Shown here one piece after another: positions 11,030-27,483 of a stretch of DNA of 64,000 bases. The first letter of the stretch is position 1, and each line of letters opens with the position of its first letter. A model generated the notes under the pieces. The model searched no databases and was not told where the DNA came from. It was given only the letters and a program-made list of their open reading frames with translations. The translations under genes and the position numbers were made by a program. The stretch is from Octopus sinensis. Its lineage: Eukaryota. The DNA is taken from positions 59,111 to 123,110 of the forward strand of contig NW_021832869.1 in assembly GCF_006345805.1 (NCBI RefSeq), given 5' to 3'.

Positions 11030-11740
11030 ATTTGTTTGTTATGTAACTGATGGACAGTCACGGGCAGATGACATTGTCGGGAATTCGGTCGGTTTCATTT
11101 CTCCACGGTTTAGGCATTTCAACTCGAGGAGTATTATTTATCAGTGCAGATCGACCGAGGAATAGACCCAATGGCCATGTAACCGAGTTCAGTGTTTAGG
11201 AAGGACATGAGAGGCGAGAGATAAAAGGCACGGTTATTTGAAGATTCCGTGACAAAGAGAAAAACCTCGCCTTTATACAACACAGTATGGTTGGTTGTGC
11301 TCAATGAAGGTGTCCAAGGATGGCAAATTCAGGAGTGTCGTTTCATATGATGGCAGTATGTATGATTCCATCAATTGATGTAATAATAAGGTCATTAATT
11401 TGGCTAACTTAAATATCTCCCGAATTATCCTCGCACGTCCCCTATGTACTTCTGCTCCAACTTTAAGCATATCACTCTTATAAAACAGACGTCCGTTCTG
11501 TTGACCACAGCTCAGGCACACAACGTCTTTCCTGTGCCTGGCGGACATCGACTTTTTTTGACTATATAGGTGAGGTTAAATTTGAAAAGCTTTTTTGACG
11601 TTGTTGGTTGCAAGCGGGATTTAGGCTTGTATCTCACTGTTCTTACAGCGCAATACTAAAAAGACCGAAATAAATCGCCATTTCCATTAGTCACGATAAG
11701 TACAACCCGTAGAAACTCTGTAAATAAACTGGCCATTTCA
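11030..11740 (-). other. Unidentified coding-like region divergent from aPKC
   Basis: Higher-GC open frames (e.g. 11273-11548); no family recognised. Confidence 0.3.
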
Positions 11741-11871
11741 TATACTCGTTCGGGCTTATTTTATTAACTAACCGTAACCCACACCGTTCAACAGTTTCCA
11801 CAGATATACTATAGGTCATATACAGTATACAGATATACTATAGGCATCAATAAAAAATCAGAAAAAATTTC

Positions 11872-13846
<1,975 letters not shown>

Positions 13847-14041
13847 TCTGCGAAATATGTGGCTTATGCCATTTTTTATTTTAATCACTTTTTATTTAAA
13901 TAATTTTCTGTTTTTTACTATTTAATACTAGTTTTTAATGTAAATAAAGTTAGATGGTTTTTTTAGCTTTTTAATTTATGTTTTTTTAATTTATAATGAA
14001 TGTTTTTTAATAATTTTATTTAAATTAAGTTGTGAGGTTGC

Positions 14042-17000
14042 ATGTCTGTTTCGATATCCGATTGCATTCTATTTTCCGGGACTTTTACCCACATAAATAT
14101 AAAAGTTATAATAAATATATTTATAATAATTAAAGAAACACGTGGATTGCATAGACTTTCCAACCTGAACATATCTTAAGGAAATCAGAATAATCCCAAA
14201 CGACATTGAAGTCAAACAGAATAAAATAAGAGGGTTTCTTGTTGTGATAATCTCAGATGCACATCCCCGAACAGTTTTTTGGTTGAATTGCACGTTTTTG
14301 ATATCGCAACGCGGGAATTCCTCATTGTCAACACGTATAGTCGACAATTGATTGATTTAGTGTTCAATATATGACCAATCAACATTTATGAGCACAATTG
14401 ACTACAAAGTATTCTCCCCTCACAATTCAGATGCCCACAACCTGTCTAGTCTTGAGAGGAAGCTACAAGAACATCACTCTCGTGGTAATCGGGATTGCCT
14501 CTCCGCAGTTTCCCAGAGAGTTGAGGGTCAATCGTTAGTCGTCTTTTTAATTAATGTCGTGATTAGCATGTGGATCGAGCTCACTAGATCCCAACATGAA
14601 CTATGTATTACAAATAATCATTTTATATAGAGTTTCCCCAATTATACTTCTGACGATGCTTTGAAAAGTATTTTTTTAATAAAACTACTTTTTAGAATTA
14701 ATATTATTGAATGAGGATGACTCAGACTTGGAAAATTGTCCACAAACTGTAAATATTCATATTTATATTTCAGAATGAATTGTTTTTTGTTTTATTGAAC
14801 TCATTCGATGAACAATTGACCCCCCTGGAGGAAAAAGATGATATTTCTGGTTTGGTTAGTCAAAATGAGGTTGATTCTTTTTTTGAATTCGTCAAAAATG
14901 AATTAAAATCCGAAATATATTCAAAAACTGGTTTCATTTGTAGTTTCAATCGAAAATCGTGTAAAGATTACATTTTAAAAATGCCGTTTTTGTTGAAGAG
15001 AATTGAAAAGTCAGACAAGTCAAAATTCGAATGTTTTGTGTTTGTGAGATTCGGAGTGTCCCACAAAGAGCTCGGAGATTTTAAAAATAGGCTTTTCTCT
15101 AATCGAGCAGTTGGCCGAAACTGGGAATTCTGTGGCTGTCCGTGTTCTTAATCTCCGTTGGTTTCAATCTGGCTCAATGAGTTGGCAAAATCCGAGTTGA
15201 CGGTCACCTAGATGAAGTTTCATCCTTTCATTTAGCACTCTTCTCCGGTTTTCGGAATGCTTTGATATTTTGACTATGCACAATTCTTCTCTTTAAGATT
15301 TATTTGACTCAATCAGCGAGGTCCCTGATGTATGTTTATTCAGTCTATTAGGCTAAGAGCAACTGTTCAGACTCTCCTGTCCAAGTTGGAGATTTGGCAG
15401 GCACTCAAATCAATTGGAGAAAGTCTCAGAATGACAAAGGAATTGGAAAATGTCCACAATGTCCATCAAGTTATCAAAGACTTTCTCATCAAAATATATT
15501 CTCACTCTCAAACTGAGTTGGAAATGTATTCAGTGGATGTTACTTGTTGGTAGATTTCAGTATTGTGTTCCCGAAGACGTTTCATTTGGGGATCCACGTT
15601 GATCATTCGGTTTAATCCACACCCTTTTGGAAGAATTGTACTTTTCACTAATTATCCTTTTTTTGAATAGTCGTGTTTTTGAATGTGTCGATCGTCTCAT
15701 TTCCAACTCTCCTCATTTGCTACTTCAGGATAAAAATGACTTTGTTTGGTCGTTTTGGAGTTTTTTGATGACTTTTTCTTCAAACTACAAAGGATTGCTT
15801 TTTCTTTTGAAGTGTCCTCCTTTTTTCAACGCGTTTATTGACGTGGATCTTCGTTTTTTTGAATCTACGCGTTCTGTGTTGTTACTAAGTTATTGTGAGT
15901 TAATGCCGACTTCATTCAATTCGTCTGCTGAAAATTTGAGGGATTTACTTTCTGGTTTTTTACGTTTTTATTTATTTAGACGAGAATTGTGCCATTGACT
16001 CCTTTTCCGACGTGATTGAAAAAATCCTCAAAATGTGTTCTCACGCACACGGGAGGAAGGCCATGGTTGCTGTTTTTGAGATGGAGGATAATTTTGATTG
16101 ATTGTTAGTCTTTTTGTGAGGATTTTCGGTATATTAATCAGATTAACTGTTTTAGAAAATGAGTGCTCGTCACTGGAGTGTGGCTGTTCTCGTTATTTGG
16201 TCGTTTTTGTCGAATAGCATCGAATCGGCTACGTCTGCTAGATTTTTTTTAGTTTTTAACAAGTCAGCTTCTGCCTCTGCTAAGCAAAGTATGTGTAATG
16301 GAGTTTGTATGCAAGATATAGATGACGATGAGTGCTTATCCAGTTTAAGGGAATTGCTACAACAAATAAGCAGATTGACTGGACGGAGGATGAGTGTATG
16401 ACCGAGGCTGTGTCCGCCATTGCACATTACTCCCAGAATTTGTCACATCAGCCATTTGGACTGCTTGTGTGATGAGAATGTGCAGTGATGTCATTAATCC
16501 TAAACATCGTGACGAGGAAAACCAAAGCAAGTTTCAGAGGCTTTCGTTTCTTCTTTATTTTGTGTCTGCTAATGGATTCCGTTGTCTGTTCGAACTGATA
16601 AATGTTTTTCACATATTTCTGGATTGTTCTAGAATATTCTAACAATCGCTGAACCAGCTTGGTTGTCCTTTGACCTTCTGTTGAAGTAATGACTTATTTT
16701 TTGAACCTGCTCCTCCCAACGTTGCAAATTATCCTCACTTTTGTACGAGATGTGTCAGAATGCGGATGTCCAGTTGTCGACTTTAGTCTTTATGTTCTCT
16801 AGTTTAAAGATTCGGCCATTTTCTGTCCTTTGCTTTGTTGTTGGAGTTTAGTTTTTCATTTCCCGGTTGGATCCAACAACAAAAATGAAGTATTCTGTTT
16901 GTCTCCAATTAGTAGATCACTTGCACTGTGATTGACATTCTGACAGAATTCATCCATTTGGAAGACACCTGTTCTGACTTGGGTTACAATGGTGAGGGAA

Positions 17001-18350
17001 ATGCTTTCGAATATGCTTTATTCTCCCGAATGTTACATCCCAGGTCTGAATTTGCTGTCCTCTCTACTGCCCCCTCCAATTGAGCTCGTCCAAACTTCTA
17101 CTTTCCGCCTTCCGTGGGAAAAACATCTAATGGTAGTCAAGTCGGATATTGGCAAGATGCTCAGAACTCTTGGAAGTTGGTTTTGTCACAAACACGCAGT
17201 TTCGTCGTCCTCCCATTCCAGTTCGACGTCGTCTTTTGCGAGTTTTGCGTCACTTGTAGATTTGGTGTAGAAATGGGGACATTTGTCATTCGGTATCTCC
17301 TTTTGTTTCATTTGTAGGTCGTTGGTGTTGCTTGTGTGTGATTTTGTCAACGAAGGTGACGACCTGATGGTTCGAGGGGATCAAACGATGAATCTTTGTG
17401 CCTTTTTCGCACTCGATTTGTTTGTTGCCATTGCTGGAAAGGCAGAAATTGGAATGTCTTGTTTTGCGTGTCTTCTTCTAAATTCAAGGTCATGTTTGAC
17501 AATTTTGTAGTGAATCTTCATTTTTGAAGCGTTTTTATTGACCCTTGTCAGGATATTTGAGGACGACCCATCCAGAAATGAGGTCATGACTAATCTGGGT
17601 CAACAGATTACCGCGGTTTGACTTTATTTCAAATTTTAGACTTATTTCGAGTCTTTATGTTCATATTTTCCATCAAATAAGGTTTTTTGTTTTATGAAGA
17701 TTTTCAGATTTTCCAATATTTGATGCCACTGTTTATAAACAAGACTTTTGGTCAATTTGTCAGGCTCTGATTCACCACATTCTCTGCTCAAAAGACGTGA
17801 CTCGGTCAATGTGTCCATTCATACTGTTGAGTTATGGCTTGTAGAGGAAATGCTGGATTGATATTCGAGTTAACCAAATTAGGTTATTTGTAGAGCCTTG
17901 GGTAATATGAACTCACTGGGGTCTGATTTCCAGTCTTTTATTGTTCCTGTTTTATAGTTCCTCAATAGAACAATGTTGCTAATTCTGTCATTCGACTGCT
18001 GGTTGTCTCGTTGCACATTCCCGTGACAGAGATGAGTCATATTTGACGATTCGGCGAATATTTGAATTGAATTATGACGGTTTTATCATTAGAGGCCAAA
18101 ATAGAGGTTGGATGTCCAAAAATAATTTTCAGTTTGTGGTCCGGTGGCATTCAATAAATCTCAATTCCTTTTTGATTTTAATCCTGAATATGAGTTTGAT
18201 GACATTCCTAAAGTATGTGCCGTCATCACTGTTTTAGAGATCCAGCAGCCATTGAAAGCTGATTTTTTGGAAAAGATTTACAGTTCTCGGCAGAATGGAG
18301 AGGCGACGAAGAACATTGGACCAATTCGTTTAAAGGCTTACATTCCGTGT
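14042..18350 (+). CDS. VIRMA: Virilizer (m6A writer complex subunit), frameshifted; 3' end uncertain and abuts a LINE remnant
   Basis: VIR_N motifs ILFSGTFTH..HVDCIDFP..YLKEIRIIP, TSPNSF, CLVLRGSYKNITLVVIG; internal YIPGLNLLSSLLPPP and RLPWEKHL match recalled orthologue; in-frame TGA 14166. Confidence 0.75.
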
Positions 18351-18399
18351 TATATTGCTAGGAGTCCTTTATGGAGACAAGGCAATTGTGGAAGATTCC

Positions 18400-19330
18400 A
18401 CATAAATCCCCAATTGCGATTGACAAGGCAATTGCGACTTGGGATGATTCCCCTAGATGGAAAGTGGCTGAGGTAATCCTTATCGGAAAACCCAGGATGC
18501 CCTCATGATGTCCCCGGGGGATACAGGCCCCTTTCCTTGCTTCCCGCTGTATCTAAAATTTTAGAAAGGATCATGCACCGAAGGCTCCTGGAGGAGCTGA
18601 CGGTGGTATGCCCTCTCCGAGTTCCAAGGGGCTTCAGGGAGGGTCGTTCGTGCGGCGACTGCTTATGGAAGGTGTCTTCGAGATGAAGTGCGCCCTCCAG
18701 AAGAAAAAGTGTATGTTAGTTAGTCTTTACATTGAAAAGGCAATGGCCTCCGAAGCTCTCCCTCGCCACGTGTGGGTTTTCCGTGTCTAAGGCGCTGGCT
18801 GTCGAGGTTCCTTGAATCTCGCGGACAGGTCGTGCGGCATCAGGGGCTTTTCTAAAGTCACAACAGTTACACTATTACGTTCCTAGGTTATTGCTGAACG
18901 GGTCAGCAAACGCTGCAGTTGATCGGATGACTTATTTGGGCGTGCTTTTCAAGCCGTCCGGTAAGTTCGATGATCACATTGCACGTACAAAAATGCGTGC
19001 AGGGACTAGGCGCGTTGCGTGCTTTCCGTTTGCGGAGAGGTGCCTGGCTACGCGTTTTTTAAGGCCGGGGTGTTACCCCTCTGTTGACTTATGACGTTCA
19101 TGTCTAGCATTTCTGCGAGGACAGGGAGAAGTACGTTGACGCGCTCAAGAAAGTCAGAAGACAAGCCATCCGGCTAGCCCATGGCTTGGATGGCAAAGGA
19201 GCTCTCGGACACCCAGGAATTGTCCCTCAAAGGCCTCCCTGAGGTCTTAGAGAAGATAATGTCTGGGTGGCAGGTAAGGCAGTAAGTCTTAGTTTGCGGC
19301 TGAGAGGTGAGCGTGTGTCCGGGACTAAAA
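18400..19330 (+). mobile_element. Degenerate LINE reverse transcriptase remnant
   Basis: WKVAEVILIGKP, GYRPLSLLPAVSKILERI, GFREGRSC; many stops. Confidence 0.75.
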
Positions 19331-19408
19331 AGGCAGGAATGCCGAAGGTCCTTATCTATCCTCTACTAACAGCCTCTTTTTAAATAAAAATTTTTCTTCT
19401 TCTGCGTA

Positions 19409-19561
19409 ATTTTAAGGCTATACTTCTAGGGATCATTTCTAAAGTTTGCCTTGAGAGAACGTTCATAAAAATTGTTCTTTTTCATCATCAATTTTAAGGC
19501 TAGACTTCTAAGGATCATTTCTAAAATTTGCCTTAAAAGAACGTTCATCAAGATTGTTCTT
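19409..19561. repeat. ~82-bp tandem duplication
   Basis: AATTTTAAGGCTA.ACTTCTA.GGATCATTTCTAAA... twice. Confidence 0.8.
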
Positions 19562-20049
19562 ACATAAAGCTGTGGTGATGTTCTATACTCTGCATTGTTT
19601 GAGCGTAACTTGACGTTCTTCTTTGAACGTTTGGAAGATTGTTCCTGTTGGTTAGAGGGTATGTAGAGTTTCTGAGCAGTTTTGCTTTTTTAAATTATCT
19701 AACTTTGTAAACATCTTAATGTTCCACGGTTATCCTTTTGGTCCCGAAAGATTCTTTCCCACTTTCAAATTACAGCCAAATCAAATCTTAGGATTCTCTT
19801 TTTTCATGTGTCCTTCTGCCCTTGAAGGCTCACTATCTTGAAAAATCTCAAATCTATCTAAAATGATCGAGGAGCTTAAAGATATCGAGCCTAATTTGGC
19901 TATTTTCCTCCTCCGAAACTACTTTTCCGCCCCAAGACCTTTTACACGTAAGATGTACACCGTGTTTTCACTGAGATGACATTCTCTCCAATTTGACCTT
20001 ATCCTTAGGATCTTTACGAGCTCACGCTGCAATCTGGTCTTCGATGATC

Positions 20050-20700
20050 CCCGCAGTGTTTGATTAAAAGCTCTCCTCTTGTCTTCCATCGGGATCTGGT
20101 GGACAAGAATTGTTTAGGATCGCAATCTCCCTCCGTGTCTGGGTGAAGATCTTTCAGGCGCACAAATGCCTCTGTGTGGGAACTGTTGAGAGTACGATTT
20201 GCATCCTCTCGCTTGCTGTCGAAGTGCCGGTCGTGCTACTTGCCACAGTGAACTCAACGCAATCCTACAGAGAGCTCTTGTTTCTGTGGTCGTCCTGTCA
20301 ATCTTTGACCCGGTTGACCTTGATAGAGGAGACGGCAACGCTCAGATGTCCACCTTCCCTTACCAGCAGCGGAAATCTCGTATTTGGGACTCCACCTGCT
20401 CAGACACCGACTGAAATCCCGCACTGCCCGCTGTTGATCCTGGGCACGCTTCGAGGCTGGCCGAGGATTGCAAGATTCTCAAGTACGGCCACCTCTCGAA
20501 TTCGCTTCTTTTACTCTATGGAGTCTTGGGGGATCTTTGGCCCCAAGACGCGCCTCTTCCTCCCTCGCTTGGTCGACGGATATCAATGATAAGACACGAT
20601 TCCAGAGAATCATTTAGGCTCTTGGAATATCTGTCGATCGCTGTATTCGTAAGAATGGCATTGCTATTCGCGAGGCTGTCCGAGCGTCTTATTAACTAAT
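20050..20700 (+). mobile_element. Degenerate CRE-clade 3' fragment
   Basis: FRIAISLR..AHKCLC, HPLACCRSAGRATCHSELNAILQRAL, WDSTCSDT. Confidence 0.75.
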
Positions 20701-21049
20701 TAAATTATTGTTTCTAATTTTTAAATAATGAAAATCTTTGGGATAAAAAATCAAAAGAATGAAAGTTTGTATCCATTTTTATCCAATGTAGACTTCAAAA
20801 TGGTACCTGAGAGCATGAAATCTTACAATCGTAGTTATATGTGTATTTTTAGTTTTAAGACCAACAAACTCACCACTTTTAAAAGCAAAACTGATTTCTA
20901 AATTCAAAAATATTTGGAGAACAGTCATTTCTTTCTCCCATGTTTATTAATCGCGTCCAATGATTACTTTCTTTAGCGCCATGGCAATTGAGTCACATGA
21001 AGTCTAAAATAAAGCACAGGTAAAAATATGATTTTAAAATAGGAAATGA

Positions 21050-24000
21050 CGTGTAATTGAATAACAACAGTTTAGGTTTTGACGGAACACTGTTCGTTCA
21101 ATTCCAATAGAATAAGCTAGTAGATTCCAAATACAAGCCTATATTTCGTTGCAATTAATAACGTCCAGAAAGGGAAAAGTCAAAAATGTAATTTCTAATA
21201 ACGGATTAATGGCTAGTTGTCTTCCTAACATTAAATAGAATTACAAAATAAAACCAAAATAGCTACTATGATTATATTAACTTCTTTAAACTCTTCTACA
21301 AACTTCCTTCCATTTCAACTAGGGATTTATGATGTTTCGTCTCAAGATTTGAGACCTATTGTGAAGATTAATATTGCTGTGGCTAGCTCAATCTTGTCAG
21401 AACTGGTGACTTAATCATTACTGCTTGCAAGGTGACCAGGCCTTCGTAACCTGCTTGGGGGAAGGATTGTGAGATAAGGAAAATCCATAGGGCCTCCTCG
21501 ATTCGCCTCCTGTTGGACCACGATAGCCGCGAATTGGCGAACCTCTTTTTCAGATTCATAAATTTCAGTCTTTGATTTGTTCTCGTGTTGGACAAGACTG
21601 AGCAGGAGTTTATACATCTGGGAGGTCTTGAAGGGCTCTGATGATGGATTGGGCTGATTACGTAATTCAAAACATGTACATTGAAACTTGTGTGCATTTC
21701 TTCATCAAAATATATATCCGATACTTTCTCTTCAGAAGATGCCGTCTTGATGAAGGTGTGTGTCCCGGGAAAATCTTGTCGTCCCCTACGTGGTAGACGA
21801 CGTAGATTTTTTTGTTTTTGAGTCGAATGTCAACTTGGCAATGTCTCTTCTGCTTCCAATAGTCTGTTCCGACCAAACTCTTCGCAAATATTCCAAAATA
21901 AATCAAAATAAAACCCAAATTGTCCTTGGGAGAATTGCTCGTTTCCTGGAGTTTGGAATTTTATCATTTTTTTGGAATATTTCACTTTTATAGAAAGCAT
22001 GAAGTCATCCCTCCCTTCGTAATACTTCACGACTTTGTTCGCGGTCATTTCGCGGGAGGTCAGACAGTCCAGACGTCCCCTGTGATAGAATCGCATTATT
22101 CTTTTCGTTTCCGCAGGACCATATTCGTGTTCTACCAACATGGGACATGTGTTTAAACCACCCTTCAGATATCTAGGCCGTCCAGATTTGAAGAATTCAC
22201 AAAAAGTGTTGGTTTGTTGATTAATCGTTCTTTTTTCAAGTTTCTCGACTCTGTTTTTATAGAATTCATCGACCGAGAGTTTGCAGTTTTCTATCACGTG
22301 AATTACTACGGTCAACGTTCGTAGTCAGAGAAGGTCGTGACCCTCCGAATGACCCCGTCGGGCATTGAGTATGGAGTAAAGGTCTCGATTTGCTGTTGGT
22401 TGTAGTAAAAAATTCTTTTTTATTTTTATTGTGAGTTTTATAATCTGATTTTTACTACTCGAATTTGCACCTTTTAATTGACCCGAATTGGAGGACACCA
22501 CGATTTGGGTAGTTTGATTGGTCGAAATATAGCTTGTCCTCCTCAATCAACTCTTCAAGGTCTTCTCCCAAGTCTTCACAGGGACCCTCAGTGGTCTCCT
22601 CAGAAGGAACATTTTCTCCCACACTTCCGTGTTCTCCAAATCATAATTTAGACAGGACAAAGAGTATTCTCGGCGTTTGTGTGTACACATCCAGTAGTTC
22701 TGGTCATTCCAAATTGATTCGATCCCCACAAAGTCCGGGTCCTTCACTGACTTTCCCGACCCCGTCAATGGCTCGATAAAGAGGGTTCCACCACCTCCGT
22801 TTTTCAAGCAAAATCAGCACCCAAGAATGAATTCGACGTCCAAAAGTGAATCAAATTGTGGCATTTCCCGCTCTTTTTGACAGTTTTTTTTGTTTCTTCA
22901 GTTTCTCGGCCTCTTTGGCCTTCTTGGCTTTAGCCTTCAATCTCTAACTTGACATATTGACTGCTTAAGGTAGGTGGAGATTTGACTGTATATTTGGCTG
23001 TTATTTTGCTGGACTCATTGGTTTAAAATCCATCATTGTTAATATCCACGAATATACTCGACCTCCTCTGAAGGATCACTGTGGCATATTTTACGTGATT
23101 CTCATCATTTGACATACTTCTCTGGAAGCATATCCACTGACGACATATGCGTCATATCCGCCCCAAGGAGGAAGGGAACAGAAGACAGAACTGTAAACTC
23201 AAACAGTTGCCACATTGTCGGGCTAAACTGTGTTTGAAGAGAACAAAGTCCTTGGCTTACAATCGTACATGTAGTTGCACGTACCAACTTATAAAGACAT
23301 GGAAGGAGTTCTAACTAAGAAGTCGCTCACAAATCGACTGCAGTCTTCCCCAATAAACAGGTCGGAGTATTTTAGAAGAGTCGGGATAATTGTCAGTGAC
23401 ACAAATTTCTTTATTTAGAGTCATAATTACTATTATATGTCATTCGTTGAAGGGGAGAAGGAAGAGTGGACTCGCCTGAGGGTACAAGTGACCCTACTGA
23501 GACTGAAGGTTGGAGACAAATTCAAAAGTTCTTGTTATTTCTGATTGTAAGTTTTGTATGATTCGGGAAAAGGCCATTTTTGACTTCCAAAGTCTAAATT
23601 GTTAATTGGGAAATACTTTTGTTTTCCAGAGGATCGGAGGTTTGCTTCGAAGTCATCGTACTTGCATTCTATTTGTTAGAGGGTAGAATTGTCCCACGGA
23701 ATCGGTTTGAAGATGAGGATTTTTCAATGATAAGCAGATCTGTGTCCTCTGCTGCTCTGGACAAATCAATTCTGTCAGTGTGTGGAACTATGGCTGCGAA
23801 ATATGTTTATTTTTAATTTATCAGCATTTTTCATCTTTTATCATTAGTTATCCACTGCATTAACCTCTCTAATCCTCCATTTTAGACCAGTCAAATATAT
23901 TTAAAATGAAACATGAACTTAAATATAAATCGAAGGGACCCTCAGCTGAAAAAAAATTACCGTAGAAATGAAAAAAAAGATGAATGTTGTAAAAATTCTT

Positions 24001-24060
24001 TTCCAAGCGGAAAAGGGAATCACTGACGATCTGAACGTCTAAATAGTAATTTGTTGACAT
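21050..24060 (-). CDS. DRC7: Dynein regulatory complex subunit 7 (CCDC135), frameshifted, TAA at 23535-23537
   Basis: PESYKTYNQK, LQTQFSPT, GADAY region, FIEPLTG..GIESIWNDQNYW, FYHRGRLDCLTSREMT..YYEGRDDF, ESEKEV; ends approximate. Confidence 0.85.
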
Positions 24061-24899
24061 GTTTGATAATAGTGATTTGATGTTTTTCTTCTTTTCGTTT
24101 TATATGAAAATGACTGAATAATATTCAGTGAATATATAAATCATTTATATTCATAAAAATGAGAATTTGATGTTTTTATTAATTTTCTGGACATTTCTCC
24201 AATTCGCATAATATTTGCTTGTTGTAATCTCTAGAACTCTGAACTGAAGGCTTCTGAAAGATTTACTCTATTCTTATTCGATTCCTGTTCAATAATTGTT
24301 TCCTGAGTTAATATTAAATAAAATCACTAACTGATTAACTTTTTTTGAATCATTTTGTTTTGATTTTTTTTCAAAATTCCATTAGTTTTTAATTTCAGTA
24401 TATCTATAATCACACCAATACACTATAAGATATTAGACCATCAATTTAAAAATTTATTAATTATTTCTTCATAATTATATTTTTACTTCTTAGATTCATT
24501 GTTGATTGTGATTGTTTCACATTTATCTATTGAGCGTGACGGAATAACTTTTTGATGGTCTTATGAGATAATTTACTTAGATCAAAGAATGTGTAGATTG
24601 TCTAATTTTCAATTTTAAAAATTTTAAAATACCTTTGACTTTGAATCTTCTTATTACTAAGGCCTTCATTTATCCGAATTGGAACAGTTTGCGAATAATA
24701 GTAAAGAAAAACGACTTTTCGACAACTTTATTCCTAGCATTGATTTAATGCACACACTTTTAGAAGGAATCGCTTTTTTAAAAAGAACCGATTTCAACTT
24801 CATTATAAACATTGTACAATTCATATTGTTCGATTTTAACTGAGTGGAATCAGCGGTAGATTTTTCATCATGATTCATCGATTCAACTGTTTTCATGAT

Positions 24900-25072
24900 T
24901 TTTTTAATTTGAAACCATTTTAATTTAAACTTTCCTCATCACATAAACTTTCTTTAATTCTGGATCATTTTGTACAAATTAAAAACTTTTTCAAATAGCA
25001 TCATCTGATAGAACTGATTTACTAGATTCCATTAAGTCAGTGGTGGCTGACCAGTCGATCGCCTTCGATATA
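24900..25072 (+). repeat. Dispersed ~170-bp repeat (second copy 27197-27364) ending in a hAT-like left terminus
   Basis: Both copies end ...CCATTAAGTC(AGT/CA)GG.TGGC.GACCAGTCGATCGC. Confidence 0.7.
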
Positions 25073-26599
25073 AATTGCTAATTATATTGTTTGTATCACG
25101 TGTCTTTTTATGAGGTGTAACAAAAAGTCGTCCAAATCATATAAATTCAATTCCAATGGGAGAAGACTATATTTTTACGATACACATGAAAAAATGCACA
25201 TGCATGATAGGGAATAAATTACCTAAAAGAGGAAATCTTGTCGTATTTTAATTCATTACATCCCGAGTTCAACCAAGACCTATCTCTTAAACTCTTTAAT
25301 ACGAAAGAAAGAAAGTTTGAACAATTAAAAAGATATTTTTTGTCACAACATAAAATTTTGAAAGACTTCATCAATTCGTCCAGATCAGGGGAAAAAATGT
25401 TTAAAACAGAAAATGGAGATGCGACGAAGAAAATTTAAATGTTGGAACGACTGTGCTTTTAATGTCTCAACGTCAAATTAATTTATAGACAGTAAAACGA
25501 TGCCAATGTTCGGCAGTATCCACTGTACGATGGACTTGATGTTAATAAGTATATTGTCTAGCGAACAAATGATCTTTATTTTATCGATAAAAATGACTGG
25601 GAGCGGCTACATGGAATTCATATTTTTCGATTAACTAAAATTAGTCAATTCTTTAAAATCTAGAATAAAAATAAGTTTTTATTAAAAATTAACCATAAAT
25701 TTTATCTAAAAAATTCATTAGGATAACCTAAAACGAAATAACAACTAAAAATTAATTATCATAATTTTAATCTAGAATGAATTCTGTATCATATGTCTAT
25801 GCCTTACAGTGGCAGCCTGGTTATGCTGAAGTTTAATTAATATGTTATAATCAATAAGAATAAAGATTACATAAAAACGGGATCATCAACGTGGACTATT
25901 CACGGCCTCTGGTCCGTTAAAAATCTCAGTACTGAAGGGACATGTCCATTTTCTATTGTTAAATTAGATGTACTGTTTCAATAAATCAATTTTTAGCCAA
26001 TAAAAACAGAACTAGAGAAATATTTTTCTAGTGACCTAAAAAGTCATCCGAATGAAATGTTTTGGTAATTATTGAGTTAAATTAAACTCAGGAAAATGAA
26101 TGGAATAAACATGGACGGCATTTTAAAGGAATTCTCGATGGAGAATTGAAATATTTCAGTAAAGCGTTGGAATTGCGCAAGGAAATTAATTTAGACGAGT
26201 TAAGTTATTGGTGATACATTCTAGAAAACTTTCTGATTATGGAATTATTCCGTCAAAAGAAGAAAGTTATTCGGTTTGATTGCAATCCTTAAGATTTAGC
26301 GTATCCGTTTTGAAGAAGCAATTTTCAAGTCGTATGGAGTTACTGTGAAGGTTGTTACCAACCATCAGAATGTCATTAATCAAGTCTATTTTTATTATGA
26401 CAGCGATTTTAAACTGGTGAATTATCCCTGTGATGAAATCCTCTATCCTCCATTTGAGCTAGACATCAAAATACATATCTGTCACTAATTTTGGGACTGG
26501 TTTTTATTAAAATTTGGTTTTTCTTTAAATTAAATCAATAAAAATTCAAATTATGATGACCTAGCTGACAAAAAATTCTTTGATCGTCCTATTTACATT

Positions 26600-27197
26600 A
26601 AGTTACTAATTAGACAAATCGATTGAGTTTTTGGTGACTGAAACTACTCGGATGGTTAAATGGATTTTAAATCACAACCACCACGTCATAGAAGAGGGGA
26701 GGTTACAACTGAATGAGAAAATTTGTCTTATTTCGTATCTTGGGTTTTTCGAGGCTAACGGGCTTGAGTTCAGACAAGCCCTTCATCTCTATTTCAGAAA
26801 CTCAACTCTTCGCAGTTGTTAGAAGGACCATTACGTGGAACGATAACACAAGTGGAGGTTGAAAAGGCAATAGACAGGTTGAAGAACAAATCACCTGGTT
26901 TCGACTACATTCGTCTGATATTGTTGAAGAAGGCGTCTGAACTTGTGATGCACGCACTGACTATGATGTTTGACGCCAGCTAGACATGTTTCATCGACAT
27001 GTACGATCGTTTGAATGATGCCGAAATCTGATAAATCGAAACTGCTAGCAATGAACTATTGGCCGATTAATCTAAATTTGTGCTTTCTCCAAAACTATGG
27101 AAAATATTGTCTTTAACAGACTTTCTTGTTATCTAGAATCACAAAATCTGCTTTCGTCCGTACAATGGGGATTCCGTGAAGGTAGATCCACAGGGGA
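26600..27197 (+). mobile_element. Highly degenerate LINE RT remnant
   Basis: SPGFDYI..LLKKA, QWGFREGRST. Confidence 0.55.
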
Positions 27198-27483
27198 CTT
27201 TTTTTAATTTGGGATCATTTTTAATTTAAACTTTTCTCATCACATATAACTTTTTTTAAATTCTGGGTCATTTTTTCCAAATTTAAAAACTTTTTCAATT
27301 AACATAAAATCTTATTGAACTGATATAGATTCCATTAAGTCCAGGATGGCCGACCAGTCGATCGCGAATATCGTCCATTGAAAATTTCAAATTTCTGAAA
27401 CAAGCGGAAATTTCACTGCAATTAAATACAAATTTATAACATAACTAGTCCCACACTAGTTATTAAAATCTGCTTATAATATA

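Noticed and set aside
14166-14168. TGA-to-Trp (or other) genetic code reassignment
   Set aside because: Only one of the in-frame TGAs (45157) is at a Trp position; conserved Trp codons elsewhere are TGG; in-frame TAA also occurs at Lys/Glu positions.
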